Assembly: GCA_964410905.1 (NCBI GenBank)
Contig: CAYPIR010000009.1
Coordinates: 1-61,942 of the forward strand
Direction: 5' to 3'
DNA: 61,942 bases
Source: an uncultured bacterium
GTDB lineage: Bacteria; Omnitrophota; Omnitrophia; Omnitrophales; Aquincolibacteriaceae
Part shown: piece by piece, positions 38,650 to 47,384 of the stretch
How positions within the stretch are numbered: the stretch's first letter is position 1
Layout of the letters: each line of letters starts with the position of its first letter
Notes under the pieces: model-generated
What the model saw: only the letters and a program-made list of their open reading frames with translations
What the model was told of the DNA's origin: nothing
The model's database searches: none
Translations under genes and position numbers: made by a program

Positions 38650-39315
38650 CTACCAAGTCAAGTTTTTTGAACCTGTCTTGAGACATCCATAGTAATATCC
38701 GTTAAAACCAGCCTCATCCATTAGTTTTCCTACTTTATCAAAGTCATATTCCACCCTGTAAAGCTGAAAATTTTCTCCGTCAAATGTTGCAAAGGCGGCT
38801 CTGTTGTCTCCATCTCGGGGCTGACCTATTGAGCCGGGGTTACAGTATATTTTAGCCCCAAATTTTTTAAGTGTTTGGCAATGATTATGTCCTGATGCAA
38901 AGAATTTTCCTTCGATTTTATCAAAATATTCTTCATCAGGTTCCAGATATTCATCAATAGGGTTACACCACCCGCCGTGAACCAAAGAAAGATTTCCGAC
39001 TTGTCTGAAGATTGGAAAGGTTGAAAGCCAAGCTGAATTTTGGGGAGAAATTATTTTTCTTTGATATTTTAAACAATCATTAACACTATTTGAACGAGGA
39101 CAAAAACTTTTTGCAACCATATACCAATCGTGGTTTCCCATTAGGCATTTAACATTGCGTTTTTGTAATTCTTCACAGCATTCATTAATTTGTGAGTAAT
39201 AACCGACAACATCTCCAAGGCAATAAATTTCAGATATTTTCATCTCATCAATTTGTTTCAACACCTCTTGAAGTGCTGTATAGTTTCCGTGAATATCAGA
39301 TATTAGCGCTATCAT
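38650..39315 (-). CDS. calcineurin-like metallophosphoesterase
   Basis: Motifs SDIHGN, LGDVVGY, GNHD and SGHNH. 221 aa. It overlaps the upstream ATP-grasp gene by 20 nt. Confidence 0.8.
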   Translation of the reverse strand: MIALISDIHGNYTALQEVLKQIDEMKISEIYCLGDVVGYYSQINECCEELQKRNVKCLMGNHDWYMVAKSFCPRSNSVNDCLKYQRKIISPQNSAWLSTFPIFRQVGNLSLVHGGWCNPIDEYLEPDEEYFDKIEGKFFASGHNHCQTLKKFGAKIYCNPGSIGQPRDGDNRAAFATFDGENFQLYRVEYDFDKVGKLMDEAGFNGYYYGCLKTGSKNLTW

Positions 39316-40276
39316 AGGAAATGTAGTCCGTTATATACCTTATCGCGCTGCCCTTTTTTATCGTTGGCTGATTTGGAACTTCACCATTCAGAAAATATTG
39401 AAAACTCATCGCACTTTCATTATAGCCAAAGGCAGTCCTTATCGAAGTCGCAGAAGATATTCTTGGGTTTATTTCCAAAAGTTTTAGCCCCCCGCTGTTT
39501 AATCTGAATTGGAAATTTGTCGCCCCTATCGGTTTGAATATTTGAGCTAATTCTTCTATCGCTTCTGTTGCCTGTTCAAGTTCAACTGTTTGAGCTTTTT
39601 CGGTAAAACCCTCTTTTGAAAGTTTTCTTTTTAAACCAATTTGAGCAAGCAAGTTGCTTCTATTATCAAAAAATGCAGCAACGGTATATTCTTCCTCAAT
39701 ATTCCCGATTATGGGTTGCGCCATCAAAACATCACCAAACTTTGGTATGTTTTCGGTGAATGTTTCGTTGTCTTGGATTTTCACAATCCCTTTTGATGCA
39801 AAACCTCTTCTCGGCTTCAATAAAAACGGTAATCCAAAAGCTTTTTCCAATTCTTTAAATGTTCCGCCCAGCCGTGATTCGATTGCCAAATCCGACCCAA
39901 AAGAAGCTAGTTTTTGATAAAAAAGCCATTTGTCTTCACAAAGTTCTATTAATTCAGAATTATTCAATAAAACGCAAGCCCCTGTATGACTAAGTAATTC
40001 TCTATGATCATTCCAGGCAAAAACATCTGCTTCAATTCCGGGAATAATCATATCAATATCGTACTCTTTTATAATACCGACAAGCCAGCTAATATAATTT
40101 TTGTCACTTGTCAAAGGCGCTTTTTCAAAAATATCGCAAAAAAAAGAAGCTATGGAATCTTCATAAATAGTTGTTCCTATAAGGCGAATTTCAGAATCAT
40201 AAGCACGCAGAGACTTCAAAATGCCGTAACCGACAATTCCTGACGCACCTGAAACTAATATTGTTTTTTTATTCAT
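39296..40276 (-). CDS. ATP-grasp domain enzyme (carboxylate-amine ligase type)
   Basis: Rossmann-like N-terminus (ILVSGASGIVGYG), FLLKPRRGFASKGI, and LLEINPRISS (E-x-N Mg/ATP motif). The ATG at 40276 overlaps the upstream stop (TAATG); the track start at 40288 is a GTG extension. Confidence 0.7.
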   Translation of the reverse strand: MNKKTILVSGASGIVGYGILKSLRAYDSEIRLIGTTIYEDSIASFFCDIFEKAPLTSDKNYISWLVGIIKEYDIDMIIPGIEADVFAWNDHRELLSHTGACVLLNNSELIELCEDKWLFYQKLASFGSDLAIESRLGGTFKELEKAFGLPFLLKPRRGFASKGIVKIQDNETFTENIPKFGDVLMAQPIIGNIEEEYTVAAFFDNRSNLLAQIGLKRKLSKEGFTEKAQTVELEQATEAIEELAQIFKPIGATNFQFRLNSGGLKLLEINPRISSATSIRTAFGYNESAMSFQYFLNGEVPNQPTIKKGSAIRYITDYISYDSANI

Positions 40277-41994
40277 TAAAACGCACACTCTTTCTTGATT
40301 AAAGAAAATTCTTCATCAGATAAAACAGGTTCTTGTCTGTCTATGCAAGGCCCAGGTTCCGGGACATTTGACATTATTTGAGGCAAAATAACTTCTGTTA
40401 ATGTCGGATTTTTATCGCTTATAAAATCTTTTACGAGTTTATAGTCATCAACTGTCTCAACTTTTAAATATTTTATCCCATAAGCGCTGGCAACAGCCGA
40501 ATAATCGGGCACACTATATCCTTCTATTGAAACCGAATACCTTTCATCGAACATCTTTTCCTGTAATCTTCTTATCATTCCCAGACAATTGTTATTTAAT
40601 ACGATTATATTTACTGGCAAATTATCTCGTTTGAGAGTTTCAAGCTCCTGAATATTCATTTGTAAACCGCCATCACCATTAATGGATATAACACAAGTTT
40701 TTTTATCTGTCGCATAAGACGCTCCTATTGCCGCAGGCAGCGAAAATCCCATAGAGCCGTAACCGGCGGAATTTAAAAGTTTTCTATCATGATCAAGACG
40801 AAGCGCTTGAGCCGTACACATTTGATTTTGTCCTACATCGGCACAAATAACGGCATCTTTGGGAAGATAATCAGAAATGGTATGTAAAAAATTATTTGCA
40901 TCAACATTTTTGGATGTTAAATCATAAGACGGGTAGCGACTTTTCCAAATATCGATAACTTCAAACCATTTTTTATATTTAAACCCATCAAAATTTTCTT
41001 CCGTCAATTTTTCAAGAAAATTTTCTACGGATGAATGATAACTCAAGGCTTCAGGAATTTTTCTTCCTAGTTCAGTCTTGTCAATATCGGCTCTTACAAC
41101 TTTCATCTTAGAATCAAATTTTGTGTAGTATCCGCCTAGCTGCCGTTCATCAAGTCTGGAGCCTAGGATGATAAGACAATCACAATTAGAAAGCGCTAAA
41201 TTTGCGTATCTGTTGCCATAATGTCCTATAAATCCTGAAAAGCATTTATGATTATGAGGCAATACATCTAAGCCGCATAAAGAAGCAACTGCGGGGATTT
41301 CAATCTTCATAAGTAATTTTTTTATATATTTTTTACTTAATTTGCTTCTTGCTCCGCCTCCCAACAGCATCAGCGGTTTTTTTGAATTTTGTAACAATTT
41401 CTTAATTCCCGCCGTATCTATTTCATCATAATTACTGTTCTCAGGCGGGATGTATCCTTTTAGTTTTTCCGCATCAATATCAGTTCTTGCAATATCATAA
41501 GGCACATCAACCAAAACCGGCCCCTTACGACCCTCTTGCGCAATATAAAGAGCTTTTTCCAGACAATATCTTATATCTTCAGGTTTGTTAACCTTTATTG
41601 CATATTTTGTAATATCCGAAACAATGGCGACCATATCTATTTCTTCAAAAGCATTTTGTCTAATTTCTTTTGATTTTCTTACTGCTTTTGAATGAGCGCT
41701 TCCCACTAAAAACAAACAAGGAATAGAGTCAAAATAAGCGTTGGCAACTCCGGCAATCAAATTGCAGGAGCTGGGAGCTCCTGATGAAGTCGCTATCGAT
41801 ATTTTTTCTTTTACTGCGGCAAAACCATTTGCCGCAAAAGCAGAAGCCTGTTCATGATAATTTAAAACAAAGACGACATTTTTATTCTCAAAAATTTCAT
41901 CAACAATATCCTGATTATATCCTCCAACATAGCCAAAAACCGTGCCTATATCAAAATTGTTTAATGATTCAACGATATATTTAGATACTTTCAT
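40276..41994 (-). CDS. thiamine-diphosphate-dependent enzyme, acetolactate-synthase-large-subunit-like (possible YerE-like sugar carboligase)
   Basis: 572 aa with three-domain ALS-like layout. It has the N-terminal Pyr-domain catalytic Glu (NYHEQASAF) and the ThDP-binding motif INGDGGLQMN...(24)...LNNNCLGM. Confidence 0.8.
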   Translation of the reverse strand: MKVSKYIVESLNNFDIGTVFGYVGGYNQDIVDEIFENKNVVFVLNYHEQASAFAANGFAAVKEKISIATSSGAPSSCNLIAGVANAYFDSIPCLFLVGSAHSKAVRKSKEIRQNAFEEIDMVAIVSDITKYAIKVNKPEDIRYCLEKALYIAQEGRKGPVLVDVPYDIARTDIDAEKLKGYIPPENSNYDEIDTAGIKKLLQNSKKPLMLLGGGARSKLSKKYIKKLLMKIEIPAVASLCGLDVLPHNHKCFSGFIGHYGNRYANLALSNCDCLIILGSRLDERQLGGYYTKFDSKMKVVRADIDKTELGRKIPEALSYHSSVENFLEKLTEENFDGFKYKKWFEVIDIWKSRYPSYDLTSKNVDANNFLHTISDYLPKDAVICADVGQNQMCTAQALRLDHDRKLLNSAGYGSMGFSLPAAIGASYATDKKTCVISINGDGGLQMNIQELETLKRDNLPVNIIVLNNNCLGMIRRLQEKMFDERYSVSIEGYSVPDYSAVASAYGIKYLKVETVDDYKLVKDFISDKNPTLTEVILPQIMSNVPEPGPCIDRQEPVLSDEEFSLIKKECAF

Positions 41995-42000
41995 TTTTGA

Positions 42001-42921
42001 TTAATTCGATAACTCTGCATAGCCAAAACCTGTTTTACCAAAATCGTTTCCATTGTATAGCATATAGTATGTGTTTTTATATTTTGCAACCGAAGCGTAT
42101 TCAAGCATTTCACTATCCCAACCGTTTTCAGATGTTTGGAATGTGAATTTATCCGTTCTGCGCTGCCAGTTTATACCATCTGTTGATTCGGCATATCCGA
42201 TCATATAATGCTTTCCAGATTTTATCCTGTAATTTTCAATCCCACGGGCTGAAAACCACATCTTATAAATTCCTTCATCTTTTATAACCCAGGGTCTTCC
42301 TATTGCCTCTCCATAGTATTCGGCGTTTATGCAGATATGAGAATCACATTTCCAGTTAATACCATCATCAGATGTAGCATGTTTTACAATATATATTGGT
42401 TCCAATCTTTCATTGAATAAATTCCAGCTTAAAAAAGAAATATACCACATGCGAAATACATCACCGTCTCTGATAACACAAGGCGCGGAAACTGCTATCG
42501 GATTATAAACAGAACGATCCATTATCGGACCATCCGATATTTTTTTACACTCTTTATTATTTATTATTTCAGCACAACCAATACTTAAAGCATACGGGAC
42601 CGATGATTTTCTGTTCCATCCACAATAATAAAGATATTTGCGATTTTCATCTATTTGAACAATGGATGTCGGTGTTATGCCATTATCATCAAAAGTGCCT
42701 CTGTTGCCAGGGCATAATAACGGGGTATCGCTTACTTTAATTTTTTTCTCCAGATTCCCGGCCTCAACATCAATGTAGTAAGGATAACTAACAACGTCTT
42801 TAGTCCTTGTAGAATAATAAATGCGCCAAACATTATCATCAATAATATCTATAAACGCATCCTGCGCATATCCAGTCCCGTAAATCTCACAAGTATGAAC
42901 TAATCCTTTTCGTTTCCACAT
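42001..42921 (-). CDS. predicted five-bladed beta-propeller protein (GH43/GH32/GH130-clan-like), paralog A
   Basis: Repeated blade-like strands (RIYYSTR, YLYYCGW, FRMWYISF, YKMWFSARG, YYMLYNGN). The C-terminus GKTGFGYAELSN is shared with 44971-45915. Confidence 0.5.
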   Translation of the reverse strand: MWKRKGLVHTCEIYGTGYAQDAFIDIIDDNVWRIYYSTRTKDVVSYPYYIDVEAGNLEKKIKVSDTPLLCPGNRGTFDDNGITPTSIVQIDENRKYLYYCGWNRKSSVPYALSIGCAEIINNKECKKISDGPIMDRSVYNPIAVSAPCVIRDGDVFRMWYISFLSWNLFNERLEPIYIVKHATSDDGINWKCDSHICINAEYYGEAIGRPWVIKDEGIYKMWFSARGIENYRIKSGKHYMIGYAESTDGINWQRRTDKFTFQTSENGWDSEMLEYASVAKYKNTYYMLYNGNDFGKTGFGYAELSN

Positions 42922-42932
42922 GATCTTTTATC

Positions 42933-43634
42933 CTATACTAGTGTAAAAACTTTTAAATAGCTTTTAACCGTCTGTATGTCATTAAACATCAAAATGTCTA
43001 TAATGGACAACCATGGCACAAATTCGTTTCCGAATTGCTTATAAGTAATTTCTCCTGTTTTTAAAAAATGTAATGAGATACCTTCTTTAGCAAAAGATTC
43101 TTTATCATAAAGCTCAAGTCCGCCGATTGCATTGATATAATCAGTGGTATTTAAGAGCTTGCAAATATGAATTACTTTATCTTGGCCTTTGAGATTATTA
43201 TTTTTTTCTAGCGTAGAAGATAAAGTGAATTTTGTATTAATTCCAAGGTATTCTGATACCTTTTGAATTGAATAGTAAATAGCATCCGCGATTTTGTCAG
43301 AAGGATAAAATATTGTTTCTTGAATTATAGGCACCACCTCATTGTAATGAGGTGCTTTTTTGTATGCCTGCTCAATCGTCCTCATCAATTTTTCGCTGTT
43401 TTTTTTGTTGCCAACTGTTCGTATTTGCTTTATGGGCAAAAAAGGCGAAACCCTGTTAAGAGGTACCGTTATCAGGTGTTTTGAAGAGTTTAACAAAATA
43501 TTGTTACGGTTTATCCATCCGTTTTTTATGAAATTCACATCGTCATAAATTAAAAATTCATCAACAGCGCTTATCAACTGCCAATACCCAATATATGGGA
43601 AAAAATATGGCTGCATTATAGCTGTCTTTTTCAT
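42933..43634 (-). CDS. WbqC-family protein, paralog A
   Basis: The N-terminal AIMQPYFFPYIGYWQLISAVDEFLIYDDVNF..GWINRN pattern is what I recall for the WbqC-like family (PF08889). 233 aa. Confidence 0.7.
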   Translation of the reverse strand: MKKTAIMQPYFFPYIGYWQLISAVDEFLIYDDVNFIKNGWINRNNILLNSSKHLITVPLNRVSPFLPIKQIRTVGNKKNSEKLMRTIEQAYKKAPHYNEVVPIIQETIFYPSDKIADAIYYSIQKVSEYLGINTKFTLSSTLEKNNNLKGQDKVIHICKLLNTTDYINAIGGLELYDKESFAKEGISLHFLKTGEITYKQFGNEFVPWLSIIDILMFNDIQTVKSYLKVFTLV

Positions 43635-44956
43635 TTAAAAACTCCTAGACCATGTAAGATTAAAGTTAGATTTATAATTGACAAAAATATAATTATTATC
43701 GCGCAAAATCTTCTTTGTTTCTTGTATTTGGTAATTCTTTGATTCAGTCTGCAATTCGACTGGGCAAGCAGGTTTATGATGATGCTTTGAGCCTCAGGAT
43801 ATTTTTCTTGTAACTTTTCCAATCCAACAAAAATGCTGTTTCTTATATGTAAAGATATTATTCCCTCCAACAACTCAAGAAACTCCTCTTTACTTTTTAC
43901 GCTATTTTTATTTGCACAATAAAGTTTGTGTTTTATATCAAGAGTGCTCAATTTCCCATCCAAAACAGATTTATCAGATTTATCACAAATTTGACCTTTT
44001 AAATATTTTTTATCCGATTGTTTTTTTACGCTTTTTCTGGGATAAACATAATTCAAATCCATAGATTCAAAGCCGTATTTCAAAACAAATCTGCAGATAA
44101 ACCATAATTTCCACCCCCATCTGATTCCAAAAATTTTCTTAAACACCAATAATCTGCTATAGTATTCTAATCCCGCGCCAGAATTTGTATCGTACCATTT
44201 TTGCATTTTGGTACAAATATCGTCATGTTTGAAGTCAAAAAGACAAGATACTTTATATGCAAACATTCCGTTCATATCTTTGATTTTCTTGTCTCTTAAT
44301 GTGGAAAAAGTCCCGTTATGACCATAAGTATAGACAGCCATGATTTTATCATAATAATAAATTGGTCCTTTTTCTAAATGATAATTGTATACAAGATAAT
44401 CAACAGGCCAAATGCCCACATCTTTAAACCCGCAATTTCTAAAAATACGGGAGGATGTCATTAAAAACACAAAATTATCATCAAATATAATGGGATTTTC
44501 AATTTTGTATTTCGCAAGCCCATGCACCCAGGATTTTTCTGAACCATCAAATTCGTTAACTTGCAGGGTATCGTGCGCAAAACCGATGTATTCAGGGTTG
44601 TTCTCCAAAAAATCAAGAGCAATTTGAATTTTATTCTCATCACACCAGTAATCATCACCTTCTATAATGCAAAAATATTTTGTGTTTACTCCCTGAATGG
44701 CTTTAAAAGCCTGAGTTTCTTTATATGGTTTTAAAAATGTATTCTCAGGCTGGGCAAATAACTTGATTTTTCCCGAATACTTCTCTGCATATTTTTTACA
44801 TACTTCTAAATTGCCGTCCTTGGAGCAATCATCATATATGTGTATTTCATAAGGATAATCTGTTTTTTGCTCAATAATACTTTTGATACATCTTTCAATA
44901 ATAGCCTCATGATTAAATGTAAGTATGACAGCTGTTAATAAAGTTGTTTTCCCCAT
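43631..44956 (-). CDS. family-2 glycosyltransferase with C-terminal extension and TM tail anchor, paralog A
   Basis: GT-A motifs: ILTFNHE, YDDCSKDG and a DxD-like EGDDYW. The C-terminal helix is FCAIIIIFLSIINLTLILHGLGV. 441 aa. Confidence 0.8.
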   Translation of the reverse strand: MGKTTLLTAVILTFNHEAIIERCIKSIIEQKTDYPYEIHIYDDCSKDGNLEVCKKYAEKYSGKIKLFAQPENTFLKPYKETQAFKAIQGVNTKYFCIIEGDDYWCDENKIQIALDFLENNPEYIGFAHDTLQVNEFDGSEKSWVHGLAKYKIENPIIFDDNFVFLMTSSRIFRNCGFKDVGIWPVDYLVYNYHLEKGPIYYYDKIMAVYTYGHNGTFSTLRDKKIKDMNGMFAYKVSCLFDFKHDDICTKMQKWYDTNSGAGLEYYSRLLVFKKIFGIRWGWKLWFICRFVLKYGFESMDLNYVYPRKSVKKQSDKKYLKGQICDKSDKSVLDGKLSTLDIKHKLYCANKNSVKSKEEFLELLEGIISLHIRNSIFVGLEKLQEKYPEAQSIIINLLAQSNCRLNQRITKYKKQRRFCAIIIIFLSIINLTLILHGLGVFK

Positions 44957-44970
44957 TTTTTCACTTAAAC

Positions 44971-45915
44971 CTAAAGTTCCAATTCAGCATAGCCAAAACC
45001 GTCTTTGCCAAAATAATTTCCGCTGTAAAACATAATATATTTACCGTTAATTTTGATTATATGGGGATACTCTATCATCTCGCTGTCCCAACCTTCGTTT
45101 GAAACATCAATGCCCGTTTTTGAATCGTCTCTTTCCCAATTGATTAGATCGGTTGAGCAGGCATAGCCTATGCGGTAAGCATTGCTTTTGTTTTGTCTGA
45201 AATCAAGTCCGTGCCTATAGCAAAAAAACACATAATACTTCCCGTCTATTTTAATCATTGCAGGTGTTGTTTGGCATTCATTTTCAACTTTTAAAGGTAT
45301 AATCGGCTTGCCGTTCCTATTCCAGATAATCCCGTCTTTAGAAGTTGCATGAACAATCAAATATTGCGATTCCAGTTTATCAGCTCCTCTTAGCCATTTA
45401 ATCCCCGTGTGATAAAACATATGCCAATCATCATCGGCGAACTTATAAACAATAGGAGTTGAATTAAGATATGGCTCATCAACAGTCGGCCCCATCAAAG
45501 GTCCTTTGCCGATTCTTGTAAATCTTGCACCGTCTTTACTTTTCGCCAACCCTATCTCCCAATCATAAGGAACGCTGAAATGTCTTGTCCAGCCAACATA
45601 ATAAAGATAATACTCATTGTTGTGCTTTATTACACTTGTGGGCATTGAACCGAATTCATCAAATTCGCCAATTCCGCCTAAATCCACCAGCGGTTCTTTT
45701 GATATATTAATAACCTTTCCCAAATTGTCTTTGTCTAAATCAACAAAACCGCCATAAGCCCTGCACATACCGTTTTGATATTTTTCTCTTGTGGCAAAAT
45801 ACACCCTTATAAAGTCTCCGAAATCCAAAGGAAAGGGGCATTGAGTGTGGCTGTACATCCAAGGATAATTATTATCCGCTTTAAAAATTAATCCTTTTTT
45901 ATTCCATTTAAACAT
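44971..45915 (-). CDS. predicted five-bladed beta-propeller protein, paralog B
   Basis: Same blade pattern (YYLYYVGW, WHMFYHTG, YYVFFCYR, YIMFYSGN) and the same C-terminal GKDGFGYAELEL as 42001-42921. 314 aa. Confidence 0.5.
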   Translation of the reverse strand: MFKWNKKGLIFKADNNYPWMYSHTQCPFPLDFGDFIRVYFATREKYQNGMCRAYGGFVDLDKDNLGKVINISKEPLVDLGGIGEFDEFGSMPTSVIKHNNEYYLYYVGWTRHFSVPYDWEIGLAKSKDGARFTRIGKGPLMGPTVDEPYLNSTPIVYKFADDDWHMFYHTGIKWLRGADKLESQYLIVHATSKDGIIWNRNGKPIIPLKVENECQTTPAMIKIDGKYYVFFCYRHGLDFRQNKSNAYRIGYACSTDLINWERDDSKTGIDVSNEGWDSEMIEYPHIIKINGKYIMFYSGNYFGKDGFGYAELEL

Positions 45916-45931
45916 TCTTCATTTCCTCTTT

Positions 45932-46660
45932 CTATTCTTTAACGATATACGCATTTGGCATCCAGGAGTTTGGAAGGGTTCTTATTTCAACATCAGGCAG
46001 CACCTCGTTAATAGCCAACGTTTCGCCTTGGGCAAATTCACAGGAATATTGATCAAAAATCATAATTCCACCTTTTAGCAATCTCTCCCAAAAATATGGT
46101 ATTGCGGCTTTCATTACGTCATACGTCCCCGCATCCATCATAACAAGTTTGAATTTCAAGTGTTTGTTATTTTCAAAAAACTTTGGGCAATCTGTTAAAA
46201 GATTTAGTTTGTGAATTTTTAGGATATTGGAAAAATTCTGTTTTTCCACCAAATTCATAATACCTTCGTAATCAGATTTATCCCCGCCTTTAGACAGCAA
46301 GCTAGAATCTATCGATGTGGGCGCCATTCCTTCAAACCAATCAAAACCGTGACATAACGTAAGAGATTCCGACTCAAAAATTTTAATTAATTTTGTGAAT
46401 AAAAGCGATGACGCTCCTTTATAAACACCAACATCTGCTATATGGCCGGCCAAACCTAACGTCTTTTTATATAATTCATATATTGTCAAAACTCTGTTTA
46501 AGGACATATGTCCAACATACGCTGAGAAATCCTGTAAAAAATCCTCAACGCTCGGAGTATTTCGTTTTAAATAGTCTACATATTCATAATACTTCGCACG
46601 ACGATTATCAAACTTTATGCTTTCTAAAACACCATATTTATGACCTTTATTTTCCGACAT
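45932..46660 (-). CDS. class I SAM-dependent methyltransferase (TylF/MycF-like)
   Basis: IADVGVYKGASSLLF (motif I-like) and LVMMDAGTYD resemble the macrocin-O-methyltransferase family. Start trimmed to the ATG at 46660 with an AGAGGTGA SD; the track TTG start is at 46684. Confidence 0.65.
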   Translation of the reverse strand: MSENKGHKYGVLESIKFDNRRAKYYEYVDYLKRNTPSVEDFLQDFSAYVGHMSLNRVLTIYELYKKTLGLAGHIADVGVYKGASSLLFTKLIKIFESESLTLCHGFDWFEGMAPTSIDSSLLSKGGDKSDYEGIMNLVEKQNFSNILKIHKLNLLTDCPKFFENNKHLKFKLVMMDAGTYDVMKAAIPYFWERLLKGGIMIFDQYSCEFAQGETLAINEVLPDVEIRTLPNSWMPNAYIVKE

Positions 46661-46676
46661 AATTTCACCTCTTTTT

Positions 46677-47384
46677 TTAATCAATTAATTCGTACTCTTT
46701 TAAAATTTTTTGTATCTCATCTTTTGAATTAAACATAGTTACATCTAAGAATGACAAGTTCGCAATAAAATCAGAGTTATATTGCTTGTAATTTATTTTC
46801 TCAAACAGAGTGTTTACAAATTTTAAGTTGATATTTTTTTTTGTAAAATTATCATGGCTGTATAAAGATTTTCCTCCCAAAAGATTCACATACGTGTCTG
46901 CGCCCAGCTTTTTGCACAATTCTATAATCCTTTCTTCTGCCCTCAAGGAGTTATCCTTTTCAATTTCGGAAGATCTTAATATTTCTACTTTAATTCCTAC
47001 GTAACCGAAAGTTTTTAAAAAACTATTATGGATGAAGCTTGTTAAGTCATCATTTTCATACAAAATTATGTCTTCAAAAATCGGATAGAAATTTTTGTAG
47101 TAAGGTGCTTTTTTGTATGCCATTTGAATTGTTCTCAAAAGCTTTTCCCTGTCTTTTATAGGGAAATTGAGTTTTGTATCACAAATAAGCTTGTTTTGAG
47201 AGGGTTTATCCAGCGGGATAGAAAATAAATGAGCTTTGGAGTTAAGTAAAATATTATTCCTGTTAATCCAACCACGCATAATAAAATTGACATCATCTAA
47301 AATGACAAAATTATCAACCGCATGTACTAATTGATAATAACCAATGTATGGGAAAATATAAGGCTGCATTATTGCTGTTTTCAT
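46677..47384 (-). CDS. WbqC-family protein, paralog B
   Basis: AIMQPYIFPYIGYYQLVHAVDNFVILDDVNF..GWINRN. By eye about 60-65 percent identical to paralog A over the N-terminal half. 235 aa. Confidence 0.7.
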   Translation of the reverse strand: MKTAIMQPYIFPYIGYYQLVHAVDNFVILDDVNFIMRGWINRNNILLNSKAHLFSIPLDKPSQNKLICDTKLNFPIKDREKLLRTIQMAYKKAPYYKNFYPIFEDIILYENDDLTSFIHNSFLKTFGYVGIKVEILRSSEIEKDNSLRAEERIIELCKKLGADTYVNLLGGKSLYSHDNFTKKNINLKFVNTLFEKINYKQYNSDFIANLSFLDVTMFNSKDEIQKILKEYELID

